The notes below the pieces were generated by a model, which was given only the letters and a program-made list of their open reading frames with translations, was not told where the DNA came from and made no database searches. Position numbers and translations under genes: made by a program. DNA of 63,513 nucleotides, the filler included. It is 9 parts of 9 records of this genome, joined end to end, with 100 filler letters (N's around TTAATTAATTAA, not from the genome) between each part and the next. Parts side by side here need not be neighbours in the genome. Positions count along the whole stretch, not along the records: positions 17,941 to 26,803 come from SRR31156797_73001; positions 26,904 to 33,427 come from SRR31156797_73115; 7 more parts are not named here. One strand, written 5' to 3'. Positions 17,943 through 28,780 of this stretch are shown piece after piece (within the stretch, counting starts at the first letter, position 1; each line of letters begins with the position of its first letter).

Positions 17943-19364
17943 CCCCTGCTCGACATTCTCAATGACGACCCTCGTGGATGGAGTGAGTACCTGGATAACA
18001 TCGTGGCGCCCAATGCCAGTATTATCCAATCCTGGCAGGTGGGTCCGGATGGAGAGACGGGGGCTTCCATCGAAGAGCCACTGGAAACCGCCATGGAAGC
18101 CGTTCGTCGCGAAATCGGTCGATTGATTACCTCACCGGATCTGACGGTTCCGGCCAACGCGACAGTCGAACCTCCCGAGACAGCACCGATTACGGACCGG
18201 CTAGCCCTGACCATCGATCCGGCCGTGGATTACAACTGGATTCCCGGGCAGATTCAGCCCTGGAAGGATAAACATTTCAACCGGCTCAGCGTGTTCCTGG
18301 AATTGCCTGACCGGAATCTGTTCAACCGGATGGCATACCTGGAAACGTTCGCCAAGCGAATCATTTCAGCCTATGCCTGCGAAGTGAATCGCGTATACCT
18401 GCCAGTGCTCTGGGATCGGCGTGAAACAGAGGATGGCCTCGTTACTGAACCGACGGAAGAATACCTGATCTACCGGACGATCATTTCGTTCCTCGGCAAT
18501 GCCCGGTCAACACAAACGACGAACCTGATTCCGGATGCAACGGTCATGTCCTTCTCGAACGCCGAGGAATGCATCCTGGCTGTCTGGGATGATTCAGCTC
18601 CACCGCAGGGGCGAGTCGTTTCGCTGCAACTTGGTTCTGCGGATGAAGCGACAGACATCTGGGGAAATTCCGTTCCTATTGAAAAAGGTCCTGATGGTCA
18701 GCATCGGATCCGGATCACCAATCTTCCAATTTTCATCGATGACATCGAGCCCTGGATCCTGGAATTCATTTCCAACATCCAGTTCACGCCCGACGAAATC
18801 GAGTTCGACATCGGCAAGCATGAACACCAACTGCGGCTGAAAGCCCCGCCGGGTGAATCACTTTCAGGATCGCTGTACCTGGAGATTCCGGAGGGATGGA
18901 GTGCAGCCCCTCAGCATTTCACATTCTCGCTCGGGTCGGGCCAGGTTTTCGACCGGACGGTCGAGATGCGATACAATTACAGTGAGCCTGCAGGAGTCAA
19001 GCAGGTAATGGCGATCGTTAATCTTGAGACCACCCCCCCTCTGCATTTCAAGGTTCCCTTGACGTTTGAAATCACGCTCAAAGGAATCGATGTCTGGGCA
19101 TACTCGGGATTCCGGGAAAACCAGTTGATTGTACGCCATGGTGTGCTCAACCAGACAGACCGGACACTGAGTTTCCGTGGGAGCGTAGCGGTTCCCGGGA
19201 GGGATGGGCAGTATCGAGTGTTCTCGGCATTACCCCCCGGGCAGCAGCACACGACGGAATACTATTTTGATAATGCGCGGGATCTCAGTGGGAGAACCAT
19301 CCGGGTTATCCTTACCGAGGTCAACGGGGATCGGAGCTATAATATCGAGCTGGTCGTTCCGTAA
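17943..19364 (+). CDS. Hypothetical protein with C-terminal Ig-like beta domains, 5'-truncated
   Basis: Frame open from the contig edge. Beta-rich C-terminus (LEIPEGWSAAP; LPPGQQHTTEY). Confidence 0.7.
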   Translation, partial: PLLDILNDDPRGWSEYLDNIVAPNASIIQSWQVGPDGETGASIEEPLETAMEAVRREIGRLITSPDLTVPANATVEPPETAPITDRLALTIDPAVDYNWIPGQIQPWKDKHFNRLSVFLELPDRNLFNRMAYLETFAKRIISAYACEVNRVYLPVLWDRRETEDGLVTEPTEEYLIYRTIISFLGNARSTQTTNLIPDATVMSFSNAEECILAVWDDSAPPQGRVVSLQLGSADEATDIWGNSVPIEKGPDGQHRIRITNLPIFIDDIEPWILEFISNIQFTPDEIEFDIGKHEHQLRLKAPPGESLSGSLYLEIPEGWSAAPQHFTFSLGSGQVFDRTVEMRYNYSEPAGVKQVMAIVNLETTPPLHFKVPLTFEITLKGIDVWAYSGFRENQLIVRHGVLNQTDRTLSFRGSVAVPGRDGQYRVFSALPPGQQHTTEYYFDNARDLSGRTIRVILTEVNGDRSYNIELVVP

Positions 19365-19564
19365 GCAGCGGAAAGAATCGATTCAGCCCCTTGTAACCTA
19401 TTGTCAAATAGCAAGTAATGAGTTATATGGACAGTATCCTGGTCGCAGGTAGAACCGGATCCAGCCTCGCTACGACACCACGTCAGGGTGTTCCTCACGG
19501 GAAGATCGGTTATCCTTCGAACCAGAATGGAACAACCCAAAGAACCTGATCGGGAGAAACAGAC

Positions 19565-21898
19565 ATGATCCTGAAAAAACATATTGGCGTCGCATTGTTC
19601 TTCCTTACTGCAACGTGCAGCATTGTCTCTGCCGAACCGCCTGCCGACTATCCGGAAGGGCGCTGGCTCGTGGACCGAGCCCGGACGTACGCCTTGAACA
19701 CCGCGAACCCATCAGAAGCAGATGGAGACTATCTGCTGATCTGGCTCGAGGCAGCCTCGACCCTATCTCCCTCCTTTCCTGACTCCTATCTCTGGCAATA
19801 TGATATTCACCGCAGGATGAACCATTCCGATAAGGCGCTGAAGGCTCTCGAAGCGTACTGCAAACTTGCTCCGGAAAACTATGTCGCACGGCTCGATCAG
19901 ATTGCACTTGGTTTTGAAGAGAAGCAGACAGCCGAGACCCGAATGGCATACTGCCAGGAGCATCTGGAACAGAGTGATCTTCCGCCGGTGATTGCTTCGG
20001 ATCTTCTTCTTCGAATGGCGGATCTGCATCTTCGCCTGGGGGATGACACAAAAGCTCTAGAAGCCGCTACCCGTGCTGCCGAGACGTTCCCTTATAACCT
20101 TGCCGCGTCCATGATGGCGCTGGAGCTGGGCAGTGAGGCGAACAATCCTGTTGAGCGCATCAAGCTTCTGTTATCCCGTGTATCCGCCAATCCGGCCAGA
20201 GGCGACTCGATCTATATGCTGGCGCAATACCTGGACCAGCTCGGTCTTCACGGGGACGCCATACCTCTCTACGTCGAGGCGATCGATGATTTCAAGCGTC
20301 GCAACCCGGAGATTCAGCCTCCGGATACCGTACTGCTGGCACTGGCCAGGAGTTATTGCGATTCCGGACAGCATGAGAAAGCAAAGAAGGTCTGCGAAAC
20401 ACTGTTGACGAACACTCCGCAGAATCTTCCCGCCCGGATTCTGCAGATCCGTGTCTTGCGATCACTTGGGGAAAAAGAAGCAGAACAGGAAGCAATTGAA
20501 GCGACCTCCCAAGTGATCAGTGACAATCAGAAACAAGCCATGAAGAATCGATTGCCGCTGGCACTGGGTGCGATGGCATGGTTCTACACCGAATACAAAC
20601 CCGAGCCAGACAAGGCGATCGAACTCGCCCGCGAGGCACATCGCATTGCCCCGGACGATCCTGAAGTCAACTGTATTCTCGGGCTTGCCCTGATTGCCAA
20701 CAAGAATGCCGAGGAAGCAGCAAACCTTCTCGACCCCCTGGCACAGGACAACGCTGCTGCGGCCGTTGGACTCGCCAAAGCCAAGCTCGAACTCGGATAC
20801 AAGGACGCGGCGATCGATCTTCTTCGGAAGTCGGAGAAGATACGCAGCACGGGCCTGGTCCATGAATTTGCCGTCAAGATGCTGACCGAACTTGGACAGG
20901 AGCCGGCCAGTGCTCCAGAACGTTCTGAAGTCAAAAAACTGCTCAACGAGTTTAACCGGAATGTTCTCGACTTTGATGACCGCCCAGAAAAGGCTCTGAA
21001 ATTCCAGGCCGGTTTCTTTAAGAAGCAATTCGCATACGGGGATCCGATGGAGTGCGGAATCCGGATCGTCAATATTGCCGACTATCCGATCACCCTGGGT
21101 CCTGACGCCATGGTCAACCCCGAGGTCCTCGTATCGGTCAACGTAGCACAGGGTGATGCACCACCACTGGTTGGTTTTACATCCGTCTCGCTTTATCGTC
21201 GTCATGTTCTGAAGCCAAGCGAATCCATAACGGTACGCCAGTCGCTCTGCATTGGTCCGTTCTACGATTTCATGCAATCGTGTCCCCAGCGGGATACATC
21301 CCTGACATTCAGCCTGACCCTGGACCCGATGAAATCCAAGACAGGATTGTGGCAGTCGCGCCTGACCAACTATAAACCTGTCCGCGTTTCGACACGTCGT
21401 TCAGCGGTCAATGCCAGCCAGAACGGGTTGAATCAATTGTTCCAGATGCTCGAAAACGGCAGCGTATCCAAGCGGATCCAGGTTGTTCACGCACTTGCAG
21501 GACTCATCGCAGAAAAGAAAGCATCTGCAGAGCAGGCGCTCGATCATTCTGCCTTCCGGATCGACGATTCATTGCTTCAGAATAAAATTCTGCTGGCTTT
21601 AGCCGATCCGGATCCGCGAGTCCGTGCTCATGTGTTGGATTCACTTCGAATGCTGGAACTCAACAATACGATCATCGCAAGCGCTTCAGCGGGTCTTTCG
21701 GATGCGAACTGGGTCGTTCGTCTCCTGGCGTTTGACCTGTTCGGCGTCAACCAGGGCATAATATTCAAGCCCGTCGCCGAGCGTATGGGTCAATCCGATC
21801 CGAATGAACTGGTACGAAAACTCGCGAATCTATTCCTCAAGCTTATTGACGTACCGCAAGTCGAACAAGTCGATCCCAATGACATATTGACGTGGTAG
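19565..21898 (+). CDS. Exported TPR-repeat protein with C-terminal HEAT repeats
   Basis: Signal peptide, several TPR-like helical pairs, and LADPDPRVRAHVL / LSDANWVVRL HEAT motifs. Confidence 0.8.
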   Translation: MILKKHIGVALFFLTATCSIVSAEPPADYPEGRWLVDRARTYALNTANPSEADGDYLLIWLEAASTLSPSFPDSYLWQYDIHRRMNHSDKALKALEAYCKLAPENYVARLDQIALGFEEKQTAETRMAYCQEHLEQSDLPPVIASDLLLRMADLHLRLGDDTKALEAATRAAETFPYNLAASMMALELGSEANNPVERIKLLLSRVSANPARGDSIYMLAQYLDQLGLHGDAIPLYVEAIDDFKRRNPEIQPPDTVLLALARSYCDSGQHEKAKKVCETLLTNTPQNLPARILQIRVLRSLGEKEAEQEAIEATSQVISDNQKQAMKNRLPLALGAMAWFYTEYKPEPDKAIELAREAHRIAPDDPEVNCILGLALIANKNAEEAANLLDPLAQDNAAAAVGLAKAKLELGYKDAAIDLLRKSEKIRSTGLVHEFAVKMLTELGQEPASAPERSEVKKLLNEFNRNVLDFDDRPEKALKFQAGFFKKQFAYGDPMECGIRIVNIADYPITLGPDAMVNPEVLVSVNVAQGDAPPLVGFTSVSLYRRHVLKPSESITVRQSLCIGPFYDFMQSCPQRDTSLTFSLTLDPMKSKTGLWQSRLTNYKPVRVSTRRSAVNASQNGLNQLFQMLENGSVSKRIQVVHALAGLIAEKKASAEQALDHSAFRIDDSLLQNKILLALADPDPRVRAHVLDSLRMLELNNTIIASASAGLSDANWVVRLLAFDLFGVNQGIIFKPVAERMGQSDPNELVRKLANLFLKLIDVPQVEQVDPNDILTW

Positions 21899-22145
21899 AC
21901 GCATGCCCAGCATGCAAAACATAGACAGATCGCCCGATAACAGGGTAGATCAAAACAGTTTCATCGAATCTTAATACACCAGGGCTGGTATTTCATGTGA
22001 GCAACGCGGACCATTGCATCTGTGGGTACGAAACGGTCGACTGTCCTGTTCCAAGGAGACCTGAGACGTGGATTCACAGACAATGTCCAGCAAACGTGAA
22101 GATGATGGGAAAGCCAGGCGAAAGGAAATTCGTGGATTAAACATC

Positions 22146-22841
22146 ATGGCTTCCGAAAAAATCATTCTTATCGTGGAAGACGAGCATGACCTGGCAGAAC
22201 TGGTATCCTTCAATCTAAAAAAAGAGGGATACACCTGCCACGCGGTCGACAACGGTCTGGACGCACTGGATCAAATCCGGGAATTGAAACCACACCTGGT
22301 GATCCTGGACCGGATGCTTCCAGAACTTTCCGGCGATGATGTCATTCGCAAGTTGCGCAGCGAAAGCGACACCCTGAATCTGCCGGTCATCATGCTGACC
22401 GCCCGCGCGGAAGAAACGGATGAGCTTATCGGTTTTTCACTTGGTGCTGATGATTACATCACCAAACCATTTTCCATGAAACTCCTGATCGCTCGTGTCG
22501 ATGCCATCCTTCGCCGAATCAGTGAAGAAACACCTCAATCGGAAGAGATCCTGACGACCGGCCCGATCAGTGTCGACCTGAATCGATATGCTGCCAGCGT
22601 CAAGGGCAAGCCATTGACGCTGACCATTACCGAGTTCCGTCTTCTTTCAACCCTGATGGAAGCCCGAGGACGCGTTCTCACCCGAGAACAATTAATCGAT
22701 TCTGTCCTGGGAACCGGCGTTGCCGTAACCGATCGAACAATGGACGTTCACGTTGCGGCACTGCGTCGCAAGCTCGGAGCAGAGGCTGGCTGGATTCAGA
22801 CCGTCCGAGGTGTTGGATACACCTATCGGGAACCATCCTGA
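22146..22841 (+). CDS. OmpR/PhoB-family response regulator
   Basis: Receiver IVEDE, LDRMLP, GADDYITKPF and winged helix DRTMDVHVAALRRKL...IQTVRGVGY. Confidence 0.93.
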   Translation: MASEKIILIVEDEHDLAELVSFNLKKEGYTCHAVDNGLDALDQIRELKPHLVILDRMLPELSGDDVIRKLRSESDTLNLPVIMLTARAEETDELIGFSLGADDYITKPFSMKLLIARVDAILRRISEETPQSEEILTTGPISVDLNRYAASVKGKPLTLTITEFRLLSTLMEARGRVLTREQLIDSVLGTGVAVTDRTMDVHVAALRRKLGAEAGWIQTVRGVGYTYREPS

Positions 22842-22975
22842 TACACTATTCGCGTCTGGCAAACGGATGCCATTTACTGAAAGATGTAACATCCAGTCGG
22901 CAGATACTGTTCGATTTCGTGGCATCGTTTCCTGTCTGTGCTTTTCATTCTCAGGTTTTGGGTTAGCGTACTTCC

Positions 22976-24940
22976 ATGGTTACACCCGGACGTTACTTCT
23001 GGAAACTGTTTATCGGCAACGCTCTCCTGCTGGTTGTCGTCCTGGTTGTCAGTGTCTGGCTGATCATCGGGGAGTTCAACATTTTTTATACGGCAGAGCT
23101 CGGTTCTCACCTGGAGTCCCTGGCCCATACGATCAAACCGGTTGTGGGAGATCGGTTCGACCTCAAATACATGAATGAACTGACTACCCTTGCCCGCGAA
23201 ATAGCGAACCAGGAGAAAACATCTCCCGAAGAACGCCATGCTGTTTCAATTACATCCCAGTCCGGAGATAACCAGGAGAGCGAAACGCAAGCCCCTATGC
23301 AGGCTGACATCAGCGATTTTCGGCTGACCCTGATCCTTCCGGATGGTATCGTTCTTGCGGACTCCGCAAAAGATCCTCAGGGGATGGAAAACCATGCGAA
23401 TCGACCCGAGATCATCGATGCGTTCAAAAACGGTTACGGCGAGTCAGTCCGGCATTCCTCAACAGTGAATCTGCCTCTGAAGTATGTGGCGATTCGGGTG
23501 GGTCCTGAACCCTATCCTCATGGCGTGATTCGCGTCAGCATGCCCATCAAGACCATTGTCGCACGCCAGCAATCTGCATACCGGTTGTTCTGGCGTGTAC
23601 TCATTGTAGCCGTGGCATCAGCCGTAATGCTCGTGCTGGGGCTTGCCTGGATCTGGAGCGGTCGTATCCGTCGAATCACGCATGCGGCGAAAGACCTCTC
23701 CCGGGGAGATTTATCCGCAAGAGTTAACTGCACAGGCCGGGATGAAGTAGCTGTGCTGGCACGATCCCTGAACCAGATGCGCGACCACCTTGCAGGCCAA
23801 CTTCTCACGATCGACCGGCAGCGACTTCTGCTCGAATCTCTGCTGGCACAACTTCACCAGGGAGTGATCGTTGTCGGCGAAGACGGCCATATCGTCATGA
23901 TCAACAACCGCGCAAGAGATATGCTGAAACTGATCGCGAACGAATCCACTCTCCAGGAAGCGGTAGACGGAACTCCCATTCGCGAGTGCATCGAAAACGA
24001 AAGCCTCCTGGAATTACTGAACAGCCAGGAAACCATTTCTGAAGAATCGACCCGGACGCGGATGCATGGCATCTCGGAACTGCAACTGGATGTCGATTCT
24101 GTAACCGGAGCAATCACCCTCCTGGTTCGAGCATCGAACGTCGAGATTCCCGCATTCGGGGAAGGCGAATATGTCTCAGGCGAACAACTGGAGCGAACAA
24201 CAGGCCGGATGCTGGTCTTCACGGATATTACCGAGTTAACGGAGACCATCCGGATGAAGACCAACTTCGTCACGAATGCGTCTCATCAATTGCGTACTCC
24301 ACTGTCTGTCATTCGGGCGTCTGTCGAAACCCTGCTGGATATGGATTTCGCACAAGATACTGATGCTGCTGTCCGGTTTGTTGACCTTGTGGATCGCCAC
24401 AGTGCAAAACTCGAGGCGATGGTTGCAGACCTGCTTGAACTCTCACGTGTTGAATCAGCCAGTACCCGCTATGAGCGAGACACGCTCAACATGCTGGATG
24501 TACTCCGCGGCATTCAGACCCGCTGGGAAGAAATTGTTCGAGGCAAGGGGCTCGACTGGGTCTGTGAAGCTGACAAGACCATCACCGTCACGGCAAATCA
24601 GAAACTTCTCCAGTTGGTTCTTGATAATCTTGTAGACAATGCCGTGAAATATACCTCTGAAGGCTCGATCTGCCTGGTTTGCCATCAGAGCGGCGAGAAT
24701 GTGCAGATCATCGTTTCCGATACCGGTTGCGGAATCGCACCGGAAGATCATCAGCGGGTGTTCGAACGGTTCTACCAGGAAGATCGTGCCCAGAACCTGG
24801 CGGGTGATGAAGCCCGTAAGCGAGGTACTGGACTCGGACTGGCAATCGTCAAACACTCCGTGGCAGCCATGGACGGGCAGATCGAACTCGACAGTATTCC
24901 GAATGAAGGCACTCGCATCTGCCTTACATTACATCCGTAA
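22976..24940 (+). CDS. PhoR-like sensor histidine kinase (2TM, HAMP, PAS, HisKA, HATPase)
   Basis: MENHANRPEI periplasmic motif, NASHQLRTPL, NLVDNAVKY, DTGCGI and GTGLGLAIV. Confidence 0.92.
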   Translation: MVTPGRYFWKLFIGNALLLVVVLVVSVWLIIGEFNIFYTAELGSHLESLAHTIKPVVGDRFDLKYMNELTTLAREIANQEKTSPEERHAVSITSQSGDNQESETQAPMQADISDFRLTLILPDGIVLADSAKDPQGMENHANRPEIIDAFKNGYGESVRHSSTVNLPLKYVAIRVGPEPYPHGVIRVSMPIKTIVARQQSAYRLFWRVLIVAVASAVMLVLGLAWIWSGRIRRITHAAKDLSRGDLSARVNCTGRDEVAVLARSLNQMRDHLAGQLLTIDRQRLLLESLLAQLHQGVIVVGEDGHIVMINNRARDMLKLIANESTLQEAVDGTPIRECIENESLLELLNSQETISEESTRTRMHGISELQLDVDSVTGAITLLVRASNVEIPAFGEGEYVSGEQLERTTGRMLVFTDITELTETIRMKTNFVTNASHQLRTPLSVIRASVETLLDMDFAQDTDAAVRFVDLVDRHSAKLEAMVADLLELSRVESASTRYERDTLNMLDVLRGIQTRWEEIVRGKGLDWVCEADKTITVTANQKLLQLVLDNLVDNAVKYTSEGSICLVCHQSGENVQIIVSDTGCGIAPEDHQRVFERFYQEDRAQNLAGDEARKRGTGLGLAIVKHSVAAMDGQIELDSIPNEGTRICLTLHP

Positions 24941-24945
24941 GTTTC

Positions 24946-25941
24946 CTACCATTCATCCAGATCGCCTACGATTTCTTCCATGAGGTCCTTGAGGGAAACA
25001 ATTCCAAGGAATTGGCCTGATCGGTTTCTAACGATTCCCATGGTAGCATTTTCGCGTTGGAGCCTGACGATGGTTGCCGCGACCGTTTCCTGGGGGCGAA
25101 GCAGTGGACACGGTTCGACAATTTCTCTGACCTCGGTCCAGTCAGGATTTCCCAGTGCGCGGGACACCTGAACGATCCCCACGATATGACGCCCTCCATG
25201 CTCGAACACGGGAAGCCGGGAGAACCTGTTTTTCCTGGCCAGAGCAACCAAGGCAGAACGTTTCATGTCCCCGGGGATTGTTGTTACACGGTTTCTCGGA
25301 ACCATCACCCGGTGCAGCGGAATGCTCGAGAGAGACATCACCCTTTCCAGCATGTCGTGTTGTTCAGCAGAAATGCCTGCGTGAACAAGCCCTTCACGCA
25401 AGCTTGCCACAATGAATTCACGACGAGCGGTCATTGCATCAGTCGGTTCTGCGGTTCGTCCTGCAAAACGAGATACGAAATCCGCAATCCAGTTCATTAC
25501 GACAACAATGGGATGAAACAGTTTTCGAGACAGGAGGAGCCCCCTGGCTGACGGAATCATCAGGTGGTCAGCAGCAACCCGGAACAGGTTCTTAGGAACA
25601 ACCTCACCGAAAGCAAACACAACAGGAGTGACGATTACAGTCGTATAGATTTCACTGCTTTCGATCGAAAGCTTGATGACGTTGACGAGAAACATCGCAA
25701 CTACGGCGGTCATCAGGTAATTGGAGATGTTTGTTCCGATCAGCAGCGTTGCCAGGGCCGATTGTTCATCGGAAAGGAATTTCACCAGGCGACCGGCACG
25801 AGCATTGTTGTCCCGTTCGGCATGAAGCTGGAGTCGAACGCGATTGACGCAATACATGCCGGTTTCAGCACCGCTGAAAAAGCCAGACAGAAACAATGCA
25901 ATCAACCCGACCAACATGATCAGCAGTGCCGGAACGATCAT
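24946..25941 (-). CDS. CNNM/CorC (DUF21 + CBS) membrane protein
   Basis: SGFFSGAETG, LLIGTN, FGEVVPK, VMVPR, FSRLPV and DLMEEIVGD. Confidence 0.9.
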   Translation of the reverse strand: MIVPALLIMLVGLIALFLSGFFSGAETGMYCVNRVRLQLHAERDNNARAGRLVKFLSDEQSALATLLIGTNISNYLMTAVVAMFLVNVIKLSIESSEIYTTVIVTPVVFAFGEVVPKNLFRVAADHLMIPSARGLLLSRKLFHPIVVVMNWIADFVSRFAGRTAEPTDAMTARREFIVASLREGLVHAGISAEQHDMLERVMSLSSIPLHRVMVPRNRVTTIPGDMKRSALVALARKNRFSRLPVFEHGGRHIVGIVQVSRALGNPDWTEVREIVEPCPLLRPQETVAATIVRLQRENATMGIVRNRSGQFLGIVSLKDLMEEIVGDLDEW

Positions 25942-26803
25942 GAGTCACCCTCCTTCCGGTCAGTCTGCGTTTCGTGTCTCTGCACCATCAGGCTCTGCAC
26001 CCGATGATGCAGAACTTCCTCAACTTCCAGTACAAGATTCCCCGTGGCAATACGATCCCCAACACGAGGGACCCTGCCAAGCTGTGCCGTGACCAGGCCG
26101 CCCAACGTAACCACCGAACCATCACCTGCAGGCAATCCGAACAATTGCCTCCATTCCGACATGCTCAATGAACCCGAGAGCCGATACGTGTTATCGTCGA
26201 TTTTCATTGCGGGGATCGTGCCGTCATCGTAGGGATCCCCCGGAAGGTCGCCAACGATCACTTCCATGACGTCCGCCATTGTGACCTGCCCTTCCATGCC
26301 TCCGTATTCATCGACAACAATAGCCATCGCAATGCCGGTTTCTCGAAAATGCTGAATCACCTGCATCAGGTTGGACAATTCCGGAACAAACCCAACCGGG
26401 CGGAGTATTTCATCGATGGAAGAATCCGGCTGGACGTAATAGTCCCGTGCATACAATAAGCCGCGGATATCATCGAGGTCCTTTCCAAAGACCAGCAACC
26501 GATCGGTTTCCAGCTCGCTGAATTTGCCGATGATTTCGTCGCTGGGATCATCAATCATCATGGCATGCACATCGACTCGCGGAGTCATCACATGTTTCAC
26601 GGATACATCCGAAAGTCCCACAACCGCCTGAAGCATATCGCTTTCCGTCGTGGAGATGACGTCCTGTCCAGTTGAGCCATCTACCAGATCACGCAGATCA
26701 TCTGTCGACATTTCGATGGCCTGTGCCCGCGAAGGGGTCAGCAGACGTGTGGCGGGAATCACCAGAAAGATCGAAAAGAACCACCGAACCGGCCTGAGGA
26801 CAA
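25938..26803 (-). CDS. Hemolysin/CorC family CBS + CorC_HlyC protein, 5'-truncated
   Basis: VMTPRVDV, VVDEYGG.EG.VT..D..E.IVGD and TLGGLV. Open to the contig edge. Confidence 0.9.
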
Positions 26804-26903
26804 NNNNNNNNNNNNNNNNNNNNNNNNNNNNNNNNNNNNNNNNNNNNTTAATTAATTAANNNNNNNNNNNNNNNNNNNNNNNNNNNNNNNNNNNNNNNNN
26901 NNN

Positions 26904-27716
26904 AATTCAGAATACAAAAAATCGGAAGAGCTAAGGACCCTCTACGGTTCCCATCATAAAGCGTTCGCGTTTGCTGCTGAAATCCATGATAAATCTAATT
27001 TCCTGGAAGCCGAATCGGAAAAAAGAAAAGATCTGCTTGTTCATTTTGCTCTTGGCCTTTTTAGTAGGCGAAAACCATACAAAAAGATGCCAAAGGAGCT
27101 TCAAAGAGATATAAAACATTTTTTTAATAAATATACCGATGTAATTCAGGAATCCAAAGATCTTCTTTTCTCTGTTGGCAATACTGAAACGATAAAAGCA
27201 GAATGCCAAAAAGCCCAGAAAAAATTGAAAACCGGCAGAATAGATGGGGATCACTCCTGGACATTGCACATTGATTTCATCAACCAACTATCACCGATCC
27301 TTCGGACATATATCGGCTGTGCCACACAACTCTATGGGGACTTGTGCGAAGTGGATTTAATCAAAATCCATATGCAGTCAAATAAAGTCTCCCTGATGAA
27401 ATATGATGATTTTGAGGGTAAACCTCTGCCCCTTCTCATGGAGAGGATTAAAATCAACCTAAGAGAACAGAGAATTGACTTTTATACCTATGGAGACCAA
27501 TTCAAGCCGCAACCCTTGTACCTAAAATCACACTATATCGAAGACGATTTTCCCAATTATCAGTCCCAGATCGCTTTCGATGAAAAACTATCGACCTTTG
27601 AATGGCTTGACCTCAGAGGTTTTGGACTGACCATAGATGAATTTGAGGCGCATCTTTCAGATCTGAACATAATCATTGATGGCTTTACGATTCATACTTT
27701 AAGGTCATCCTCTTAA
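26904..27716 (+). CDS. DNA phosphorothioation-associated putative methyltransferase (TIGR04096-like), C-terminal part
   Basis: Frame open from the contig edge: DLLVHFALGLFSRRKPY...YIGCATQLYGDL..VDLIKIH..SNKVSLMKYDDFEGKPLP...RIKINLREQ. The family was recognised from memory, and the MTase domain itself lies outside the window. Confidence 0.7.
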   Translation, partial: NSEYKKSEELRTLYGSHHKAFAFAAEIHDKSNFLEAESEKRKDLLVHFALGLFSRRKPYKKMPKELQRDIKHFFNKYTDVIQESKDLLFSVGNTETIKAECQKAQKKLKTGRIDGDHSWTLHIDFINQLSPILRTYIGCATQLYGDLCEVDLIKIHMQSNKVSLMKYDDFEGKPLPLLMERIKINLREQRIDFYTYGDQFKPQPLYLKSHYIEDDFPNYQSQIAFDEKLSTFEWLDLRGFGLTIDEFEAHLSDLNIIIDGFTIHTLRSSS

Positions 27717-27837
27717 TACATTGCCTGGGTTTGGCCTTTGGATGTGCTTGTTTGCGTACAAAATATGACTTTTTTCTATAAAAACCAGGGAAATCCCGAT
27801 TGACTTCATCGGCTGAGTATAATATTTTCCTCCTCTT

Positions 27838-27869
27838 TGCAGAAAAAACTTTACATAGTTTTTTCTGCA
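27838..27869. promoter_or_regulatory. Perfect 13-bp inverted repeat, candidate WYL-regulator operator
   Basis: TGCAGAAAAAACT-ttacat-AGTTTTTTCTGCA, about 70 bp upstream of the WYL gene in an AT-rich promoter region. Confidence 0.7.
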
Positions 27870-27940
27870 TGATTTTATGCATATAGTTTTTATACGGGTA
27901 TATTTTTTTTTGCTACTGATTGGAGCGGGCGTATAATTAG

Positions 27941-28777
27941 ATGAAGTGGGGCTTGAAACAGCGCTTGAACTTTATAGAGTTTCGACTCTTTTGGGAAGAA
28001 TCGATTAATAGAAAAGATTTGATTGATACCTTTGGCGTATCTGTTCCTCAAGCTTCTGCTGATATAAAAGCATATAGAAAGCAGGCCCCGAACAACGTCT
28101 ATTATGACAAAAGCAAAAAACAGTATTCAATTACTTCGAAATTTGAACCGGTTTTTGGCCCCATTGATGCCCATAGCTATTTGTCTAAACTCTCTATGTA
28201 TTCCGATGGGATTTTGTCAGAAGACGATTTGAAAATGGGGTATATCCCGGAATTTTCAATTGTCCCATCTTTGGACCGTGCCATTGATGCTGTCGTGTTA
28301 AGAAAGGTTATTCGGGCATTAAAAAAGAAAAAAGCCATTTACATTCAGTATCAATCCATGAGTCGGCCGGAACCTATCTTGCGGTGGGTGTCCCCCCATG
28401 CCTTTGCATTTGACGGATTTAGATGGCATGTCCGGGGATATTGCGAGTTGGCGCAAGACTTCAGGGATTTTATTCTGGGCAGGATCCTTGATGCCCGTAA
28501 TGTGAAAAATGCGACTAATAAGGCGGCTAATGATTTGAAGTGGAACCGCATTGTGACCATTAAAATTGCTGCGCACCCGGATTTAACGCCGGGACAGCGT
28601 AAGGTCATTGAAAAGGAATACAATATGAAAAACGGCATGTCCCAGGTTACGGTCAGAGCCGCTTTTGTATACTATTTTTTATTGTGGTTTCGATTAGATA
28701 TTCCTAAAAGCTCAGGTTCGTTTCAAAATACACAGGCTGTAGTTCTGAACTATGATGAGATTGAGGCATACATATAA
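27941..28777 (+). CDS. WYL-domain transcriptional regulator, CapW/BrxR-like
   Basis: wHTH QRLNFIEFRLFWE..INRKDL..FGVSVPQASAD, WYL core YQSMS...SPHAFAFDGFRWHVRGYC...FRDFILGRI and a C-terminal VRAAFVYY segment. Confidence 0.9.
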   Translation: MKWGLKQRLNFIEFRLFWEESINRKDLIDTFGVSVPQASADIKAYRKQAPNNVYYDKSKKQYSITSKFEPVFGPIDAHSYLSKLSMYSDGILSEDDLKMGYIPEFSIVPSLDRAIDAVVLRKVIRALKKKKAIYIQYQSMSRPEPILRWVSPHAFAFDGFRWHVRGYCELAQDFRDFILGRILDARNVKNATNKAANDLKWNRIVTIKIAAHPDLTPGQRKVIEKEYNMKNGMSQVTVRAAFVYYFLLWFRLDIPKSSGSFQNTQAVVLNYDEIEAYI

Positions 28778-28780
28778 TAA

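Noticed and set aside
19365-19564. Possible ncRNA in the 200-bp intergenic gap
   Set aside because: No recognisable SRP, 6S, tRNA or riboswitch signature and no strong stems.
24273-24305. His-Gln instead of His-Glu in the kinase H-box (SHQLRTPL)
   Set aside because: SHQLRTPL is a common variant among HisKA kinases and is not evidence of inactivity.
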